A stretch of 64,000 bases of DNA from an uncultured Spirochaetota bacterium (GCA_963845535.1 CAWJSK010000015.1:288001-352000); one strand, 5' to 3'. Counted from the stretch's first letter, positions 28,938 through 40,104 are shown. The notes: generated from the sequence alone by a model not told the origin. Made by a program: numbers and translations.

Positions 28938-29627
28938 CTATGGCGGCTGGGCGATTGGAATGCATGACCGATTGAAACGTCTCCAGAATTCCAGGCTAGG
29001 ACCCAGCCAGAGCAACGGCCTGAGGGAAAGAGCGACCAGGGAGCCGGAGAGTTCTTGTGCGGTCTTGAGGAACGTGTCCCACAGCAGACACAGGGTCACG
29101 CACGGATTGGTGCCGGGAGCAAAAGACGGACCTTCGGACCGACCGGAGGCCAGCAGCTCGGCAAGGACCGGAAGCTTGGCTTCTACGGCGGCGCACACAT
29201 AGCGGATGTGCTTCCTGGCCGTCCGCGAGTCCAGGCAGCCCAGGGCCGCGCAGGCCGCGTCGGTGAATCCCGGACATCCGTCTCGCCCTCTTTCCAGGAG
29301 CTTTACCAGTCCCTCGCTCCAGAAGGGACTGCGCGGGATGAGATGCTCCGGCAACATCCGTTTGGTATATGGCCGCCCTGTCCCGCGCGACGCTCGACAA
29401 ATGATCGTAGCCACACGGAGAATACTCCGCACACCGTCGCTTCCGACGCAACAGCGTATCGGGTAGGAATGGAACTCAAGCGCGTGGCGATCCCCGCAAA
29501 GGGGGCAGCCGAAACGGACTACGGCTACCTTGATGAGGGCGATGAGGTCTTGAAGTGTTTTAACTTAAGCAGGTACGCTACCTTGTTTGGTTTTGCGGCG
29601 TGGGCGTTCGAAAACCCGCCAAGGCAT
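28938..29627 (-). pseudogene. DUF6431-like zinc-finger/HTH accessory gene with in-frame TAA at 29565-29567
   Basis: Frame extends upstream of the tracked ORF through CPLCGDRH...YPIR...LPEHLIPR; ATG at 29627 is in frame but codon 21 is TAA. Confidence 0.6.
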
Positions 29628-30254
29628 GCGGACGCTCACGCTCATTGTCCTGCCAATAGTCATGGCGGCAGGTGGGGAAAACTTCCCTGGCGAAAGATGC
29701 TACGCTATTCTGGCAGGTTGGGGAAGAAAGCGGAAAAAGCTACTGGCGGGGAACAGATTGTTGAGGCATACAGCATCGATCAAAATGGGAAGGTTCGCAA
29801 GATAGCCGACTACGGCGAACTGGCACTAATGAAGGATACACGTCCTTTTGAAGAACAACGGGACTATTTCATTTTGAACCGTATTTTAGATCGGCTCTAT
29901 TTCGATTACAAAGTCTGGATAGACCGGGATGTGCTCACCCAGTTGATAAAAGGATGCTTTGGCGTTTCGCTGGTGTATCCGAATCGCCTTGAGATGATCA
30001 TTAGCGAGCGGCTTCAAGAGCCTCAAAGAGGCAAATACTGGCAAAGGTTCTGATTCCATCTCCGGTATACTACCCGTGAAATCGACTTTTTATTTCTCAC
30101 TTTCCTCTTTGAGAGTTCCATGACGCAATGACTACCTCTATTTCGTGGCTCGGGTATATACCAAGTAAGATGAGTCTTTTGGGTCAATCTTGGCCGGAAA
30201 GGCACTGGGAGTGTATGTATCTCGAATCGCATATACGGATTCCCGAACTGTTGC

Positions 30255-30645
30255 TGTCCTGGGTCAGGTAGATTCCTCAGGTAAGGGGCAGCCAGGTCAG
30301 CTGGATTCCCCACCTGGGGCGCGTCAGGGTCATCGAGATTCCCCACTTTTCAAGCTCCCAGGGTCAGCTGAATTCCCCACCCCGTAGGTGGTGGATACGC
30401 TGTCTCCCACGGGGAGGGGACAGCGAGGATGAGCTGTCGAGCGATGAACAAACGAGACCTGTGGGAGATCTACCGTAGGTGGCAAAGCCGACAGACCCTG
30501 TCGCAGATCGCCGGCAACGAGGGTCGCGACCGCAAGACGGTACGCCAGTACTTGAAGCGGTTGGTGGCGGTGGGCTTGAAACAGAGCGGGGCCGCCGTAG
30601 AGCAGCAACACTTCTACCAGGTGGTGGGGGCCACGCTGCCAAAAA
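30255..30645 (+). mobile_element. istA: Truncated IS21-family left end with istA 5' fragment
   Basis: TG start, four GGTCA-N4-(G/A)ATTCC(C/T)CA repeats spaced 33/33/34 bp, then MNKRDLWEIYRR...SQIA...GRDRKTVRQYL. Confidence 0.75.
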
Positions 30646-31239
30646 GCGTAAGAAAATTCGAAACGTCGAGATTTCTTCCGTCAGCAATGACAAAAATGTT
30701 GCTATCCAGAAAAAAGAGACCCTTGCAGCCACCACCAACAGATTGAAGTCATTCATTGTTTTCAAAGAGCAGGTCGCTCAGAACTGCAAGTCTCGGCTTG
30801 CTTCTTTTGAAAGAAACAAATGCAGCCAAAGCCAAGGTCGAGGCTAGAAGATTGGCGCGGGAGATGAAAGTATCAGAATCGTGGCTTCAACAAATGAAAC
30901 TGATCTCCAAAAAGCCCCAGTACACCAAGGAAGCGTTGAAATTGGCTCGACAAATGGGGCCAGAGGCAGGAACGCCACCAACCAAAACACAGGTCGTCAA
31001 TACGATACGGTCGGCAGAGAAGCACGTTATCTGGGTGGCCGACGGCGCCACAAGCGCGCACGAGACAAGCCATGCTCCGCCTCTTCGGATCGAACAAGAA
31101 CGGGACCAGAGGCTGACAAGCGGGGAGACCCCCGAGTTTCGGCTGCCGCCTTTGCGCCCGCGAGGGCGGGATTTCGGGCGTCCCGCCGAAGAACATTCCC
31201 TGTCCAACGCGAATCCCGAGTGATCGGGTAGACCTTTGC

Positions 31240-31385
31240 CCAGGTCTTCACTTGCGCCGGCTTTCACGGAGAAACAGCAGTCCCTGTCGATCCTGAGGAA
31301 GGCGGCCAGCTCTTCCTGGCTCGCTTCGCCCTTGGCGTGCAAGGCCAGAAGGATTCTGTGTTCTTGACGTAGGACGCGTGACGTC
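31240..31385 (-). pseudogene. MarR-family regulator fragment
   Basis: HRILLALHAKGEASQEELAAFLRIDR. Confidence 0.4.
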
Positions 31386-31387
31386 GC

Positions 31388-32035
31388 TCACTTTTTGTCC
31401 GGCGTCGCCTGTCGCTTTTTCAGGTAACTCAGGACCAACTCGACGATCCTGTCGAGCCCGATCCTGCCGGAATCGAAGGAAAAGTCATACTGCCGCGCAT
31501 CGCTCCAGTCATTTCCAGTAAACATGTGGTTATAGCTCGCCCGTTCCCTGTCACTGCGCGCGACCATTTTCTCCGCGGCTTCTTTCTCGATCTTGAAGAG
31601 CTTCTGAACTCGGTCCCTTCGAGACGCCAGATCGGCATGAAGGAAGATGCTGAGATGATTCGGGAAATCGCGAAGCAGGTGGTAGCCGCACCGTCCTATG
31701 ATAACTGCGGAGCGTTCCTTTGCGATGCCCTGGATCACTTTCGATTCAAGCTTGAACAGCCCTTCGTTCATCGGCAGGATTTCCTTCGGTGGTATGTATG
31801 CGTCCGGGACGCCGAGGGCGAAAAGTGGTACGAGTGACTTCCAGAACGAGACGATCTTCTCATCGTTCGACTCCAGATCCGCTTCCGCCAATGAAAGGCT
31901 TTCCGCGACCTTTCTGATGATCTCACGATCCGCGTAGGAGATGCCCAGTTTCCTGGCCAACTGTTGGCCCAGGTAGGCCCCACCGCTTCCCAGTTGCCGG
32001 CTAATCGTGATGATGACGTTCGGAGTCGCTTCCAT
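31388..32035 (-). CDS. Cytidylate kinase-like family protein
   Basis: IITISRQLGSGG, VIIGRCG, SDRERASY...W.D...YD. Confidence 0.9.
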   Translation of the reverse strand: MEATPNVIITISRQLGSGGAYLGQQLARKLGISYADREIIRKVAESLSLAEADLESNDEKIVSFWKSLVPLFALGVPDAYIPPKEILPMNEGLFKLESKVIQGIAKERSAVIIGRCGYHLLRDFPNHLSIFLHADLASRRDRVQKLFKIEKEAAEKMVARSDRERASYNHMFTGNDWSDARQYDFSFDSGRIGLDRIVELVLSYLKKRQATPDKK

Positions 32036-32150
32036 TTCTCTACCACCCATCATGCATAGGAGTTGTTGATGCAACCAGTATGAGCACCTGAAGTCTTTCA
32101 TGCAACCGGACTCGCCGCAGGGCTCCGCCCACCCGCTGCCTGTGGCGAAG

Positions 32151-33482
32151 TCAACCTTTCCGCAAGGAGGCGTGCATCGGCCGCGAACGGTACACGGCCG
32201 CTATTCCCACCCCGAACAGACAGAGCGCCGCGCATATCAAGAGGGCGGGTGCCACCCCCGCGGCCTCTCCGAGGCTTCCTATGAAGAAGCCGCCAATGGG
32301 CGTGCTGCCTTGGGTCAGGGGGATGTTGATGCTCAGCACACGACCTCGCAAATGCTCAGGGGTGTTGAGCTGGAGGAGAGAGTTTACCGAAGTGCCATAT
32401 GTGATTCCGGTCAGCCCCGCGAAAACAAAGAGCAGCAAGGACAGTCCGTACGATGTCGAAAGAGCCAGAAGCCCCAGGAACAAGCCAAAGAGCGCGCCGC
32501 TGACCATCAGGCGACGGAAGGCAATTCTCCTTGCATAGGCCGTGGATAGTGCCGCGGTCAGCGCTCCAATCCCCATCGCAGCACTGAGCAGGCCGTAGCC
32601 GGTGGCATCGGTCTTCAGAAGCTTATCGGCCACGAGAGGGACGATCACCGAGAAATTGAAGCCGAAAGTGCCGATGAATGCAGCAACGATCAGGACCGAC
32701 CGGATGGCCGGACTGTGCCACGCACACGAAAGACCCTCCTTCAGATTGATGAGTATCGATCCATCGCTTCTGGCCGACCGAGCAAAGAAAGCTCTCGCAT
32801 CCATCATCAGAAGCGCTCCAATGACCGGGGTGAAGCTGACCGCATTGAGAATCAGTGCAGGCGCAATACCAATGAGCTTTATCACCACACCCGCCAGGGC
32901 CGGGCCGAAAATACGCGCGCCCTGGAATGACATGGAGTTCAGCCCGATGGCGTTTACGAGGTCCTCTCGGCCCACCAATTCGAAAAGAAAGGCCTGCCTC
33001 AGGGGATTGTCGATCGCCGTGATCAAGCCCTGGATGACGGCGAGCACATACACGTGCCACAGCTTGATACCTCCGGTCGTGACCAGCGCGCCGAAGATGG
33101 CCGCCTGGATCATGAGCGACGTCTGCGTCGCCACCAGCGACCCGCGCTTGGGCAGGCGATCAGCCAGGACGCCGCCGAACAGCGCGAACACCATGACGGG
33201 CAGGAACTGCAGCGTGATAACCGTGCCCAGCGCAAGGGGTGAATCTCCGGTGAGCTTGAGCACAAGCCAGGTCTGCGCGGTGGTCTGCATCCATGTGCCG
33301 GTGAGCGAGATGACCTGGCCGGTCCAGAAAAGCCGGAAATTGCGGACGCGGAGAGACTGAAAGCCACGCGTTGCGACGCTCGAAAGGGCACCAATCTGCT
33401 TTCGCCAGATCTCAGTGAGTTTCACTCTTCTCGTACCAATCTTTGCTGGAGAGGATATGACATCAGAGACAAGCCATGACAA
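32151..33482 (-). CDS. MFS transporter (MFS_3/DHA3-like)
   Basis: RNFRLFWTGQVISLTGTWMQ, GGVLADR, DNPLRQAF, LRGRVLS; start uncertain. Confidence 0.92.
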   Translation of the reverse strand: MSWLVSDVISSPAKIGTRRVKLTEIWRKQIGALSSVATRGFQSLRVRNFRLFWTGQVISLTGTWMQTTAQTWLVLKLTGDSPLALGTVITLQFLPVMVFALFGGVLADRLPKRGSLVATQTSLMIQAAIFGALVTTGGIKLWHVYVLAVIQGLITAIDNPLRQAFLFELVGREDLVNAIGLNSMSFQGARIFGPALAGVVIKLIGIAPALILNAVSFTPVIGALLMMDARAFFARSARSDGSILINLKEGLSCAWHSPAIRSVLIVAAFIGTFGFNFSVIVPLVADKLLKTDATGYGLLSAAMGIGALTAALSTAYARRIAFRRLMVSGALFGLFLGLLALSTSYGLSLLLFVFAGLTGITYGTSVNSLLQLNTPEHLRGRVLSINIPLTQGSTPIGGFFIGSLGEAAGVAPALLICAALCLFGVGIAAVYRSRPMHASLRKG

Positions 33483-33542
33483 ACAGTCATGCCAAGCAGT
33501 ACGTGTCTCTCAATGTCGCATCGACGTTCCGTGTGTTCATGT

Positions 33543-36347
33543 TCAGGAGCTTCCGGTCTTCAGGTACCTATCCCAAAGACCCCGTTGCTTCTTCAGGAGA
33601 GCGGGAATGTCCAGATGATAAGGGCACCGCTCTACGCAAGTGCGGCACTCCTCGCAGCTTTCCGCGGTCTTGAAGGAATCCTCCACAAACAACCTGGCCT
33701 TTTCCACGGGCATTCTCTTGGCGAACGTCTCCGCAACGAGGAGGGTGCTGATGGGAATCTCATGGGGGCATGGCTGGCAATAGTCGCACCGGTGGCACCA
33801 TTGGCTTCCAAGCCTGCTTCGATACTGCTCGATACGCTGGTTCTCTTCCGCCGTGAGGGGCTCGCTCAACTCCATGACACCGAGGATTTCGCGCAGCTGC
33901 GCCGACGTCTCAATCCCGGGGTCGGGGATCACGTCGGGAAACTGGGAAAGGTACCTGAAGCACAGCAGCGCATCGTCCAGACGGCCGCCGCCGAGAGGCT
34001 TCATGGCGATTACTCCCATGTCGGCCTGACGAGCAAGAGGGATGACGTCGTCCAGGGCGTCGGTGTCAACGAAGTTGAAGGGAATCTGCACCGCCGCGAA
34101 ACGGTCCGTGCGGATCATCTCCGCGGCGACGGGAAGGCTGTGCGAGCTGAAGGCGGCAAACCGTATCTTGCCGGCGCGAATCCCTTGCTCCATGCCTTCA
34201 AAGGCGCCCCCGGGAGCAAGCACCGCCGCCATCCTCCCGCGAGAGCTCACACCGTGGAGCTGGTAAATGTCGATATGGTCGGTGCGAAGCCGCCGAAGGC
34301 TCTCCTCGAGGTCCGATAGAAGGCCCTTGGCGTCCGCTGCGGACGATTTCGTGGCGATGACAACGCTGTCACGGAGCCCCCCTTGTATTGCCTCGCCGAT
34401 CAGCTCCTCGCTGTGTCCGTAGCCATGTGCCGTATCGATGAAGTTTATCCCGAGCTCCAGCGTATCGCGCACGAGCCGCAGGCCGTCCTGCCGCGATAAC
34501 CGCTGAATCGGAATCCCGCCGAAGGCGACCTTCGTCACCATCAAGCCGGTGCGTCCCAAGCGCACGCGTTCGAGCCTCGGTTCGTTCGTCTTCTGCTCTT
34601 GCGGGAAATCGCTAGAATGCAGCTCGTCGTAGAAGACGCGCCTGCCACGCATCAGCGACGCCAGAGCGGCAACCGCCGCCAGAACCGCAGAGATCGAGAA
34701 CGCCATGGCCAGGCCGGACTTGAACGGAGGCGAAATCAAGTTCGGGAAAAACTCCTTGCCGAGAATGAAGGCTCTGCGGGCCGGTGAAAGTACGTCGACC
34801 AGTTTCCCCGGCAGCAGCGTTGCCATGGGGTTGTAGCCCAGAAACGCGGCAAAGATCGCGCCCGTGGGTGGGAGCCCGGCCACCTGCCGGGCTGCGTCTG
34901 CGGAGACTCCCGCGCCGGTGAGCCCCTCGAAGAGCGCTTTGGGCAGATGCGCCGCAAACCCCAACGTCACAACGGTGAAGATCATCGTCATGCTCAGAGT
35001 GTTGGCGGTGTTCAGGAACGTGGCGCGCATCCCCGAAGAGGCGCCGCGATGCTCCGACGGCACGGAGTTCATGATCGCCGTGGTGTTGGGGGCCGCAAAC
35101 ATCCCCATTCCGACCCCGACCAGGAGCAGGAGAACGGCCAGCGGCAGATAGGCAAAGTTTATTGGTGTGAATATCAGTCCAACAAAGGCCGCTGCGACGA
35201 CGAGCATTCCCGTGGTCGAGAAAAACCGCGCCCCGTAGCGGTCCGAGAGGTGGCCGCACAACGGCCCCGCCAGGAGGAAGCCGCCCGTCAGCGGCATCAT
35301 GTAGATGCCCGCCCACAGCGGGGTATCCGCGAAGGAGTAACCGTGCAGGGGCAACCAGATGCCCTGCAGCCAGATGATAAGCATGAGGTTGAGCCCACCT
35401 CGCGCAAGCGAGCTAAGGAAGAGGGCTACATTCCCCGCGGAGAACATCCGGATTCGGAACAGCTCCAGGCGGAACATGGGCTGGGCGGCGCGGCGCTCCA
35501 CGGCCACGAACACAACCAGGGCCGACGCGCCGCCGATCAGGCAGGTGAGGACGAAGGGATTCGCCCAGCCCATCGAGGCCGACCCGTAGGGCTGCAGCCC
35601 GTAGGTCACCCCAACCAGGATCGCCGTGAGGCCCAGGGCGAACAGGAGGTTCCCCGGGATGTCCAGTTTCTGGTGCCTGCGAATGGTTCCCGTTTCCCGA
35701 AGGGCGACGTACGCCCAGATGCTTCCCCCGACGGAGAATGGAACACTGACCAGGAACACGGCTCGCCAGTGGACGGCTGCCAGGAGACCACCGGCCACGA
35801 GCCCGATGAACTGCCCCGCAATCGAGGCGATCTGGTTGATTCCCATGGCCGTGCCGCGCTGCTCCGGAGGAAAGGCATCCGTCAGGATGGCGGTGGAATT
35901 GGAGAAGAGAAATGCCCCGCCGACCGCCTGGATCAGTCGGAAGACGATGATTTGCGTCGCGGCGGCATTGCCCGTTCCTGTCACGAGGAAGAGAAGGATG
36001 GAGCCGACTGCAAAAATGGCAAATCCTAGATTGTACAGACGCACCCTGCCGAACATGTCCGAGATGCGCCCGAAGGTTACCAGGAGCGTCGCCGTCACCA
36101 CCATGTAGCCCATCAGGGTCCAAAGCAGATAATTGGCCTCGTGCGGGGCGAGGGGGTTGATTCCTATTCCCTTGAAGATCGCCGGCAGGGAGATCATGAC
36201 GATGGTTCCATCCAGACCCGCCATGAAAACGCCCAGGGTCGTGTTCGAGAGGGCGATCCATTTGTAGGGGACATGGCCAAAGCGATGACCGGTGGCCGGC
36301 CGACCGCTACGGACTTGCTTGGCCTTCCGAAAGTGTGAGCCATTCAT
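33543..36347 (-). CDS. 14-TMS MFS transporter fused to an aldo/keto reductase with 4Fe-4S dicluster tail
   Basis: [12 protein letters not shown] motif; then [57 protein letters not shown] in one 934-aa frame. Confidence 0.88.
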   Translation of the reverse strand: MNGSHFRKAKQVRSGRPATGHRFGHVPYKWIALSNTTLGVFMAGLDGTIVMISLPAIFKGIGINPLAPHEANYLLWTLMGYMVVTATLLVTFGRISDMFGRVRLYNLGFAIFAVGSILLFLVTGTGNAAATQIIVFRLIQAVGGAFLFSNSTAILTDAFPPEQRGTAMGINQIASIAGQFIGLVAGGLLAAVHWRAVFLVSVPFSVGGSIWAYVALRETGTIRRHQKLDIPGNLLFALGLTAILVGVTYGLQPYGSASMGWANPFVLTCLIGGASALVVFVAVERRAAQPMFRLELFRIRMFSAGNVALFLSSLARGGLNLMLIIWLQGIWLPLHGYSFADTPLWAGIYMMPLTGGFLLAGPLCGHLSDRYGARFFSTTGMLVVAAAFVGLIFTPINFAYLPLAVLLLLVGVGMGMFAAPNTTAIMNSVPSEHRGASSGMRATFLNTANTLSMTMIFTVVTLGFAAHLPKALFEGLTGAGVSADAARQVAGLPPTGAIFAAFLGYNPMATLLPGKLVDVLSPARRAFILGKEFFPNLISPPFKSGLAMAFSISAVLAAVAALASLMRGRRVFYDELHSSDFPQEQKTNEPRLERVRLGRTGLMVTKVAFGGIPIQRLSRQDGLRLVRDTLELGINFIDTAHGYGHSEELIGEAIQGGLRDSVVIATKSSAADAKGLLSDLEESLRRLRTDHIDIYQLHGVSSRGRMAAVLAPGGAFEGMEQGIRAGKIRFAAFSSHSLPVAAEMIRTDRFAAVQIPFNFVDTDALDDVIPLARQADMGVIAMKPLGGGRLDDALLCFRYLSQFPDVIPDPGIETSAQLREILGVMELSEPLTAEENQRIEQYRSRLGSQWCHRCDYCQPCPHEIPISTLLVAETFAKRMPVEKARLFVEDSFKTAESCEECRTCVERCPYHLDIPALLKKQRGLWDRYLKTGSS

Positions 36348-36414
36348 CGATTGGGCCTTACGGCGCTGCTATCAACCATGTGAAGCGAAACTCCCTCACG
36401 CAAACTGCTCGTTG

Positions 36415-37843
36415 CTAATCTGCCGTCCGGAGACCGACGGCCGCCCTTATTGAGCGCTGAAACAGGCTTCTGTATGCCTGTCCTTCGTGGTACCAGCGGC
36501 TCTTGGGGTCCTGGATCGTGCGCTCCCACTCTGGATCAGCCAGTCGCGCGAACTCCGCTGCGTACTGGTCCACCCACTGGACTACTCGCGAATCGCGAAT
36601 GATGTCCTCCGAGTGCTCGTGACCCTGCGGGACAACGTGCTCGGCCACCGCATCGCGAAGCACGTGGGGATTGTCGATGATCATGCAGGGTCGCATCAGG
36701 TTCAACTTCTCGTTGTAGGGGAATCGTTCGCGGATGCTGCGGAAGAAGGGGGAGTTCGCTGCCTCAAGAATCGATTTTTCCCGAATGTTGTCTACTCCGA
36801 AGTGAGCGAACACGCACGGTTCCACTCTTCCTGAGTTCAGGATATGCAAATACCGCCGGCCTCCGGCCAGGCAGCCGTCTACTGCGGGTCCATCATTCCA
36901 GAAATCAGCCAGAAAAATCGGTAGCCGTCGGCGCAAGTCAGTAACCCTCTTGCCGAACGCCAACCGCTGCCGGGGCGTTGGTACCAGGGCAAGATACCGG
37001 ATCCTTTCCAACGGGCATGAACATGAAATACCATCCGAACAGCGCGCCAGCATCGATGTAATGTTGCAGGAACTTTTCAGTTGAAACCATCTCGGCATTT
37101 TCGCTGGTGTAGGTTACGCTGATTCCGAAAATCACGCCTGCCTTCCTTAGGCGATCGATGGACAGTCTCAGCTTGTCGTACACTCCAACACCTCTTCGGC
37201 GGTCTGTCTCCTCCCGGTAGCCCTCGACACTGATTGCAGGCGCTACATTCCCGAGCCGTGCCAGATTGTTGACAGTCTCCTGGTCAAGCAGGGTTCCGTT
37301 CGTAAACGTCATGAAGTACATGTCCGAATGCTTCTTCCAGAGCCTCATCCAGACGTCTTTCATCAGGTAGGGTTCGCCGCCTGAGACAACGATGAAATAC
37401 GAGCCGAAGCTCCTGGCTTCACCGAGGACCTTCTCGATCTCCTCCTCCGCCAACTCTCCCTCCGTCGAATACAGCCCGGAGTAGCAGCCCCTGCAGTGCA
37501 GGTTGCAGCGCATCGTCGGGCTGATCACGATATGGCTCGGTGCATGAATGCCCCTCTCCTCAAGGGAATCGCGGATTCGAGGCCCCTCCAGGCCCCAATT
37601 GCAAATGAGATTCCTCAACAGTTTTATCTTGCTCTTGGGGCTTGCTTCTTTTCCCAAGCGGAGGAAGAGTTGGAAGAGGCCAGCCTTCTCATGCGAATCC
37701 TGCGCGAACGCGTGGAGAAAATTGCGCACCTCGGCATCCCCGATCCGCTTCGCCACGCCAAGAAGCTTTTCCAGGTCATCCGTTCTGCCTGTCATGCTTT
37801 GCAGAAGCGTCCTCTCAACAAGTCTTTTTGTCAGAAACAACAT
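36415..37843 (-). pseudogene. Radical SAM/SPASM-type protein with a 1-bp insertion near 36994
   Basis: CNLHCRGC, SGGEP, FTNGTL; second frame DFWNDG..VDGCLAGGR.Y.HI...G.VEPCVF; deleting one base gives KDPVLALVPTP. Confidence 0.85.
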
Positions 37844-37873
37844 GTCATTCCCCCCCACGTGAGCTTTTGGCCG

Positions 37874-38380
37874 TCACGGCCGGCTCTCTCTGCTTTTGAG
37901 CTTATCTACCGTGGAAATCACAAGAGCTAAGGCGCTTGCAAAACGCACTTTCTCCTCCTCGCCCAGCCGCCGCAACCTCTCGCAAAGAAACCCAGTTCTC
38001 ATGGCCAGCGCGACGTTGACGGCATTCAAACCCCCATCGGTCAGTTGATAGAAGACGTTTCTCCGATCCGATGGATCATCGCTTCGGGCAACAAGTCCAT
38101 CCTGCACAAGCTGGTTGAGCATGATGCACTGACTCGAGGAAGAAAGGCCGTCGTAGGCGGCAAGGGGTTTCAGATGGCTCTTGCCAAGAAATCGAAGCGC
38201 GCCCAGACAACGCAGTTTTTCCTCGCTCAGTCCTTTCTTTGCAAAGGGCGGGAACTCTTCGCGAACGTAGCGCTTCATGCTTCGAAACAGTTCAAGGAAA
38301 GAAGCGGCAATCTCCCTGTCATTGCTTGCGCTTTCGCGGGTGGTTGATCTTCTTTTTGCTTTTTGCATCGAGTCTCCCAT
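37874..38380 (-). CDS. MarR family transcriptional regulator
   Basis: LVQDGLVARSDDPSDRRNVFYQLTDGG. Confidence 0.9.
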   Translation of the reverse strand: MGDSMQKAKRRSTTRESASNDREIAASFLELFRSMKRYVREEFPPFAKKGLSEEKLRCLGALRFLGKSHLKPLAAYDGLSSSSQCIMLNQLVQDGLVARSDDPSDRRNVFYQLTDGGLNAVNVALAMRTGFLCERLRRLGEEEKVRFASALALVISTVDKLKSRESRP

Positions 38381-38407
38381 GTTTCGTCCAGAGTCTGAAT
38401 CTCAATG

Positions 38408-38454
38408 TAGTTTGAGACTAAAATTAGTTTACTATAAAATGATTTTAACTGCAA
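38408..38454 (-). promoter_or_regulatory. Sigma70-like promoter with overlapping palindromes (candidate MarR operator)
   Basis: TTGCAG-N17-TAAACT on the minus strand; ACTAA-AA-TTAGT and TAGT-N5-ACTA palindromes over and below the -10. Confidence 0.5.
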
Positions 38455-38508
38455 GACTGCCTTGAGAAGGGATTTTGACTTCACGGAGACGGCTCGCGTC
38501 CACCCCGG

Positions 38509-38979
38509 TCATGTGGCCTTTGGTTCTTCGTCCTCGAAGGCCTGAGCCATGCCAAGAACGGAAGTCGAAGAGAGGATCTTTTTAACGAAAGTGCTGCGCT
38601 TGATGAGCATGGCGATCCGCGCGAGAGCCTTCAGGTGCAGGCTGTGTTCCTGGCGGCCGCCTATGAGCAAGAAGACAAGATGGATCGGCTTTCCGTCGAA
38701 TGAACCGAACTCGAGGCCTCTCGGTGAACGTGCCAGTGTGATGACGAGCTCGGGGACCTCGTCGGCGATGCAGTGCGGTAGTGCGATGCCGTTTCCGATG
38801 GCGGTGCTTTGCACGATCTCCCGCGCCATGAGGTGCGCAAAGAGCTCCCCCTCGTCCTCGACAAGACCCTTTTCGGCTACCACGTGGACGATTTTGCGGA
38901 GCGCGTCTTCTTTGGTTTTTTCGGCAAGGTCTGCAATGAAGCACTCGGGATGGATGTAGCGGGTGAGCCTTATCGCCAT
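38509..38979 (-). CDS. PTS EIIA (PtsN/fructose-type) domain protein
   Basis: REIVQSTAIGNGIALPH phospho-His motif, DGKPIHLVFLL, HLKALARIA. Confidence 0.92.
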   Translation of the reverse strand: MAIRLTRYIHPECFIADLAEKTKEDALRKIVHVVAEKGLVEDEGELFAHLMAREIVQSTAIGNGIALPHCIADEVPELVITLARSPRGLEFGSFDGKPIHLVFLLIGGRQEHSLHLKALARIAMLIKRSTFVKKILSSTSVLGMAQAFEDEEPKAT

Positions 38980-39284
38980 GGTTTCTCACTTTTTCGCCTC
39001 GAGGCTTTGCATCGGCTTTCGTTCATGGCATTTACCTCGTCCAGAAACAGTCTTGCGAAGTCAAAAATGGGCAACCGCCGTGAGGCGCCCTCCCCATCGC
39101 AAACCCTTGGACTCGCCCGGTCCTGGGTTTGGTAGCGTCATTGTGATCGTCGCCTCTCCTTGCCTTTTGCCTTCGCTGGTCAGGAAACAATCGCTCATCA
39201 TTCGGAGCATACCGAGACAATCACTGCATACTAAAAGCATTTTGTCATAAAATTATAACTGCGTTAATCTCATGCAGTCGTGAC

Positions 39285-40104
39285 CTACCCACCAAGATTC
39301 TTGAGAAAGAAGCTCACAAGCCGCGCGAACGAATCCCGAGATGCGTGCACGTCATAACTCGGCCCGTCGTCGTTGAAGAAAGCGTGAGAAGCTCCTTGGT
39401 AGATGTGGTGCTCGTATGATTTTCCGCTTTTGCGCATTGCTTCCTGAAACGCCTTTATTCCTGCGTTGATACGTTGGTCCTTCTCGCCGTAGAAGGCGAT
39501 CACGGGACAGTTGATATTGGCCACCCTTTCAACGGGTGGAGCGCTTCCATAAAACATGGCCGCGGCAGCCAACTCAGGCTCTTCGCAGGCCAGAAGAGCT
39601 GAGAGACCTCCACCCATACAGAAGCCCACACATCCTACCCTCTGTTGTTGGGTCTCGGAGCGTTCTGATCGCAAGTAGCGCACCGCCCTGCGGAGAGGAG
39701 CCACTATGCTTTTCAAACGATCCGGGGAGGCAGAGGCAAAGATTCGTCCAAAGCTCTCGCTGATCTGCTGCCTGTCGATTTCTGGTAGCTTGGCCAACTC
39801 GGCATCCCTCGCCCCGGGATTCATCATCGTGCCCTGTGGCAACCGCTGCATGAAGGCCACGACTTCTGCAATCCGCTCCCGGCTCGAGAGCCGGAGGTCT
39901 CTCGACCTTGACGGCGTATAAGTCTGGAGCAAGTGCGACATAGCCCGCGGCGGCAATCCGTCGCGTCACGTCTTCGATCTGCTCGTTCACTCCCCAGGCT
40001 TCCTGGATTACCACAATACCCGGAAGAGGTGCCGACGCTCGCTCAGCCTTCGCGAGATACCCAATCTGATCTCCGTAATGGACCCACTCGCCCTTAATCG
40101 CCAT
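39285..40104 (-). pseudogene. Dienelactone hydrolase family protein with a frameshift near 39885
   Basis: VVIQEAWG, ALAPDLY in one frame; GFCMGG, GEKD, HAFFND in the other. Confidence 0.85.

Larger units (their letters stand above)
26618..29755 (-). mobile_element. Three-gene transposon (DUF6431-like, DDE transposase, ExeA-like ATPase), 3138 bp
   Basis: Terminal IRs TGTTCCTCGCCAG / CTGGCGGGGAACA (12/13), TG..CA ends, 6-bp target duplication GATTGT at 26612-26617 and 29756-29761. Confidence 0.92.
26193..30053 (+). pseudogene. Hypothetical gene (238 aa when restored) interrupted by the 3.1-kb transposon
   Basis: Removing 26618-29761 joins ...SNKEIV/EAYSIDQNGK... in frame (717 nt). Confidence 0.85.

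Noticed and set aside
29055..30053. 332-aa plus-strand ORF as a real gene
   Set aside because: Chimera of transposon antisense sequence and the 3' half of the interrupted host gene
30262..30379. Regularly spaced repeats as a mini CRISPR array
   Set aside because: Repeats are 18 bp and degenerate with 15-16 bp spacers, no cas genes, and they precede an istA fragment
36733..36743. 11-bp match GATGCTGCGGA to the tRNA 3' end
   Set aside because: Inside the radical SAM coding sequence and short enough to be chance
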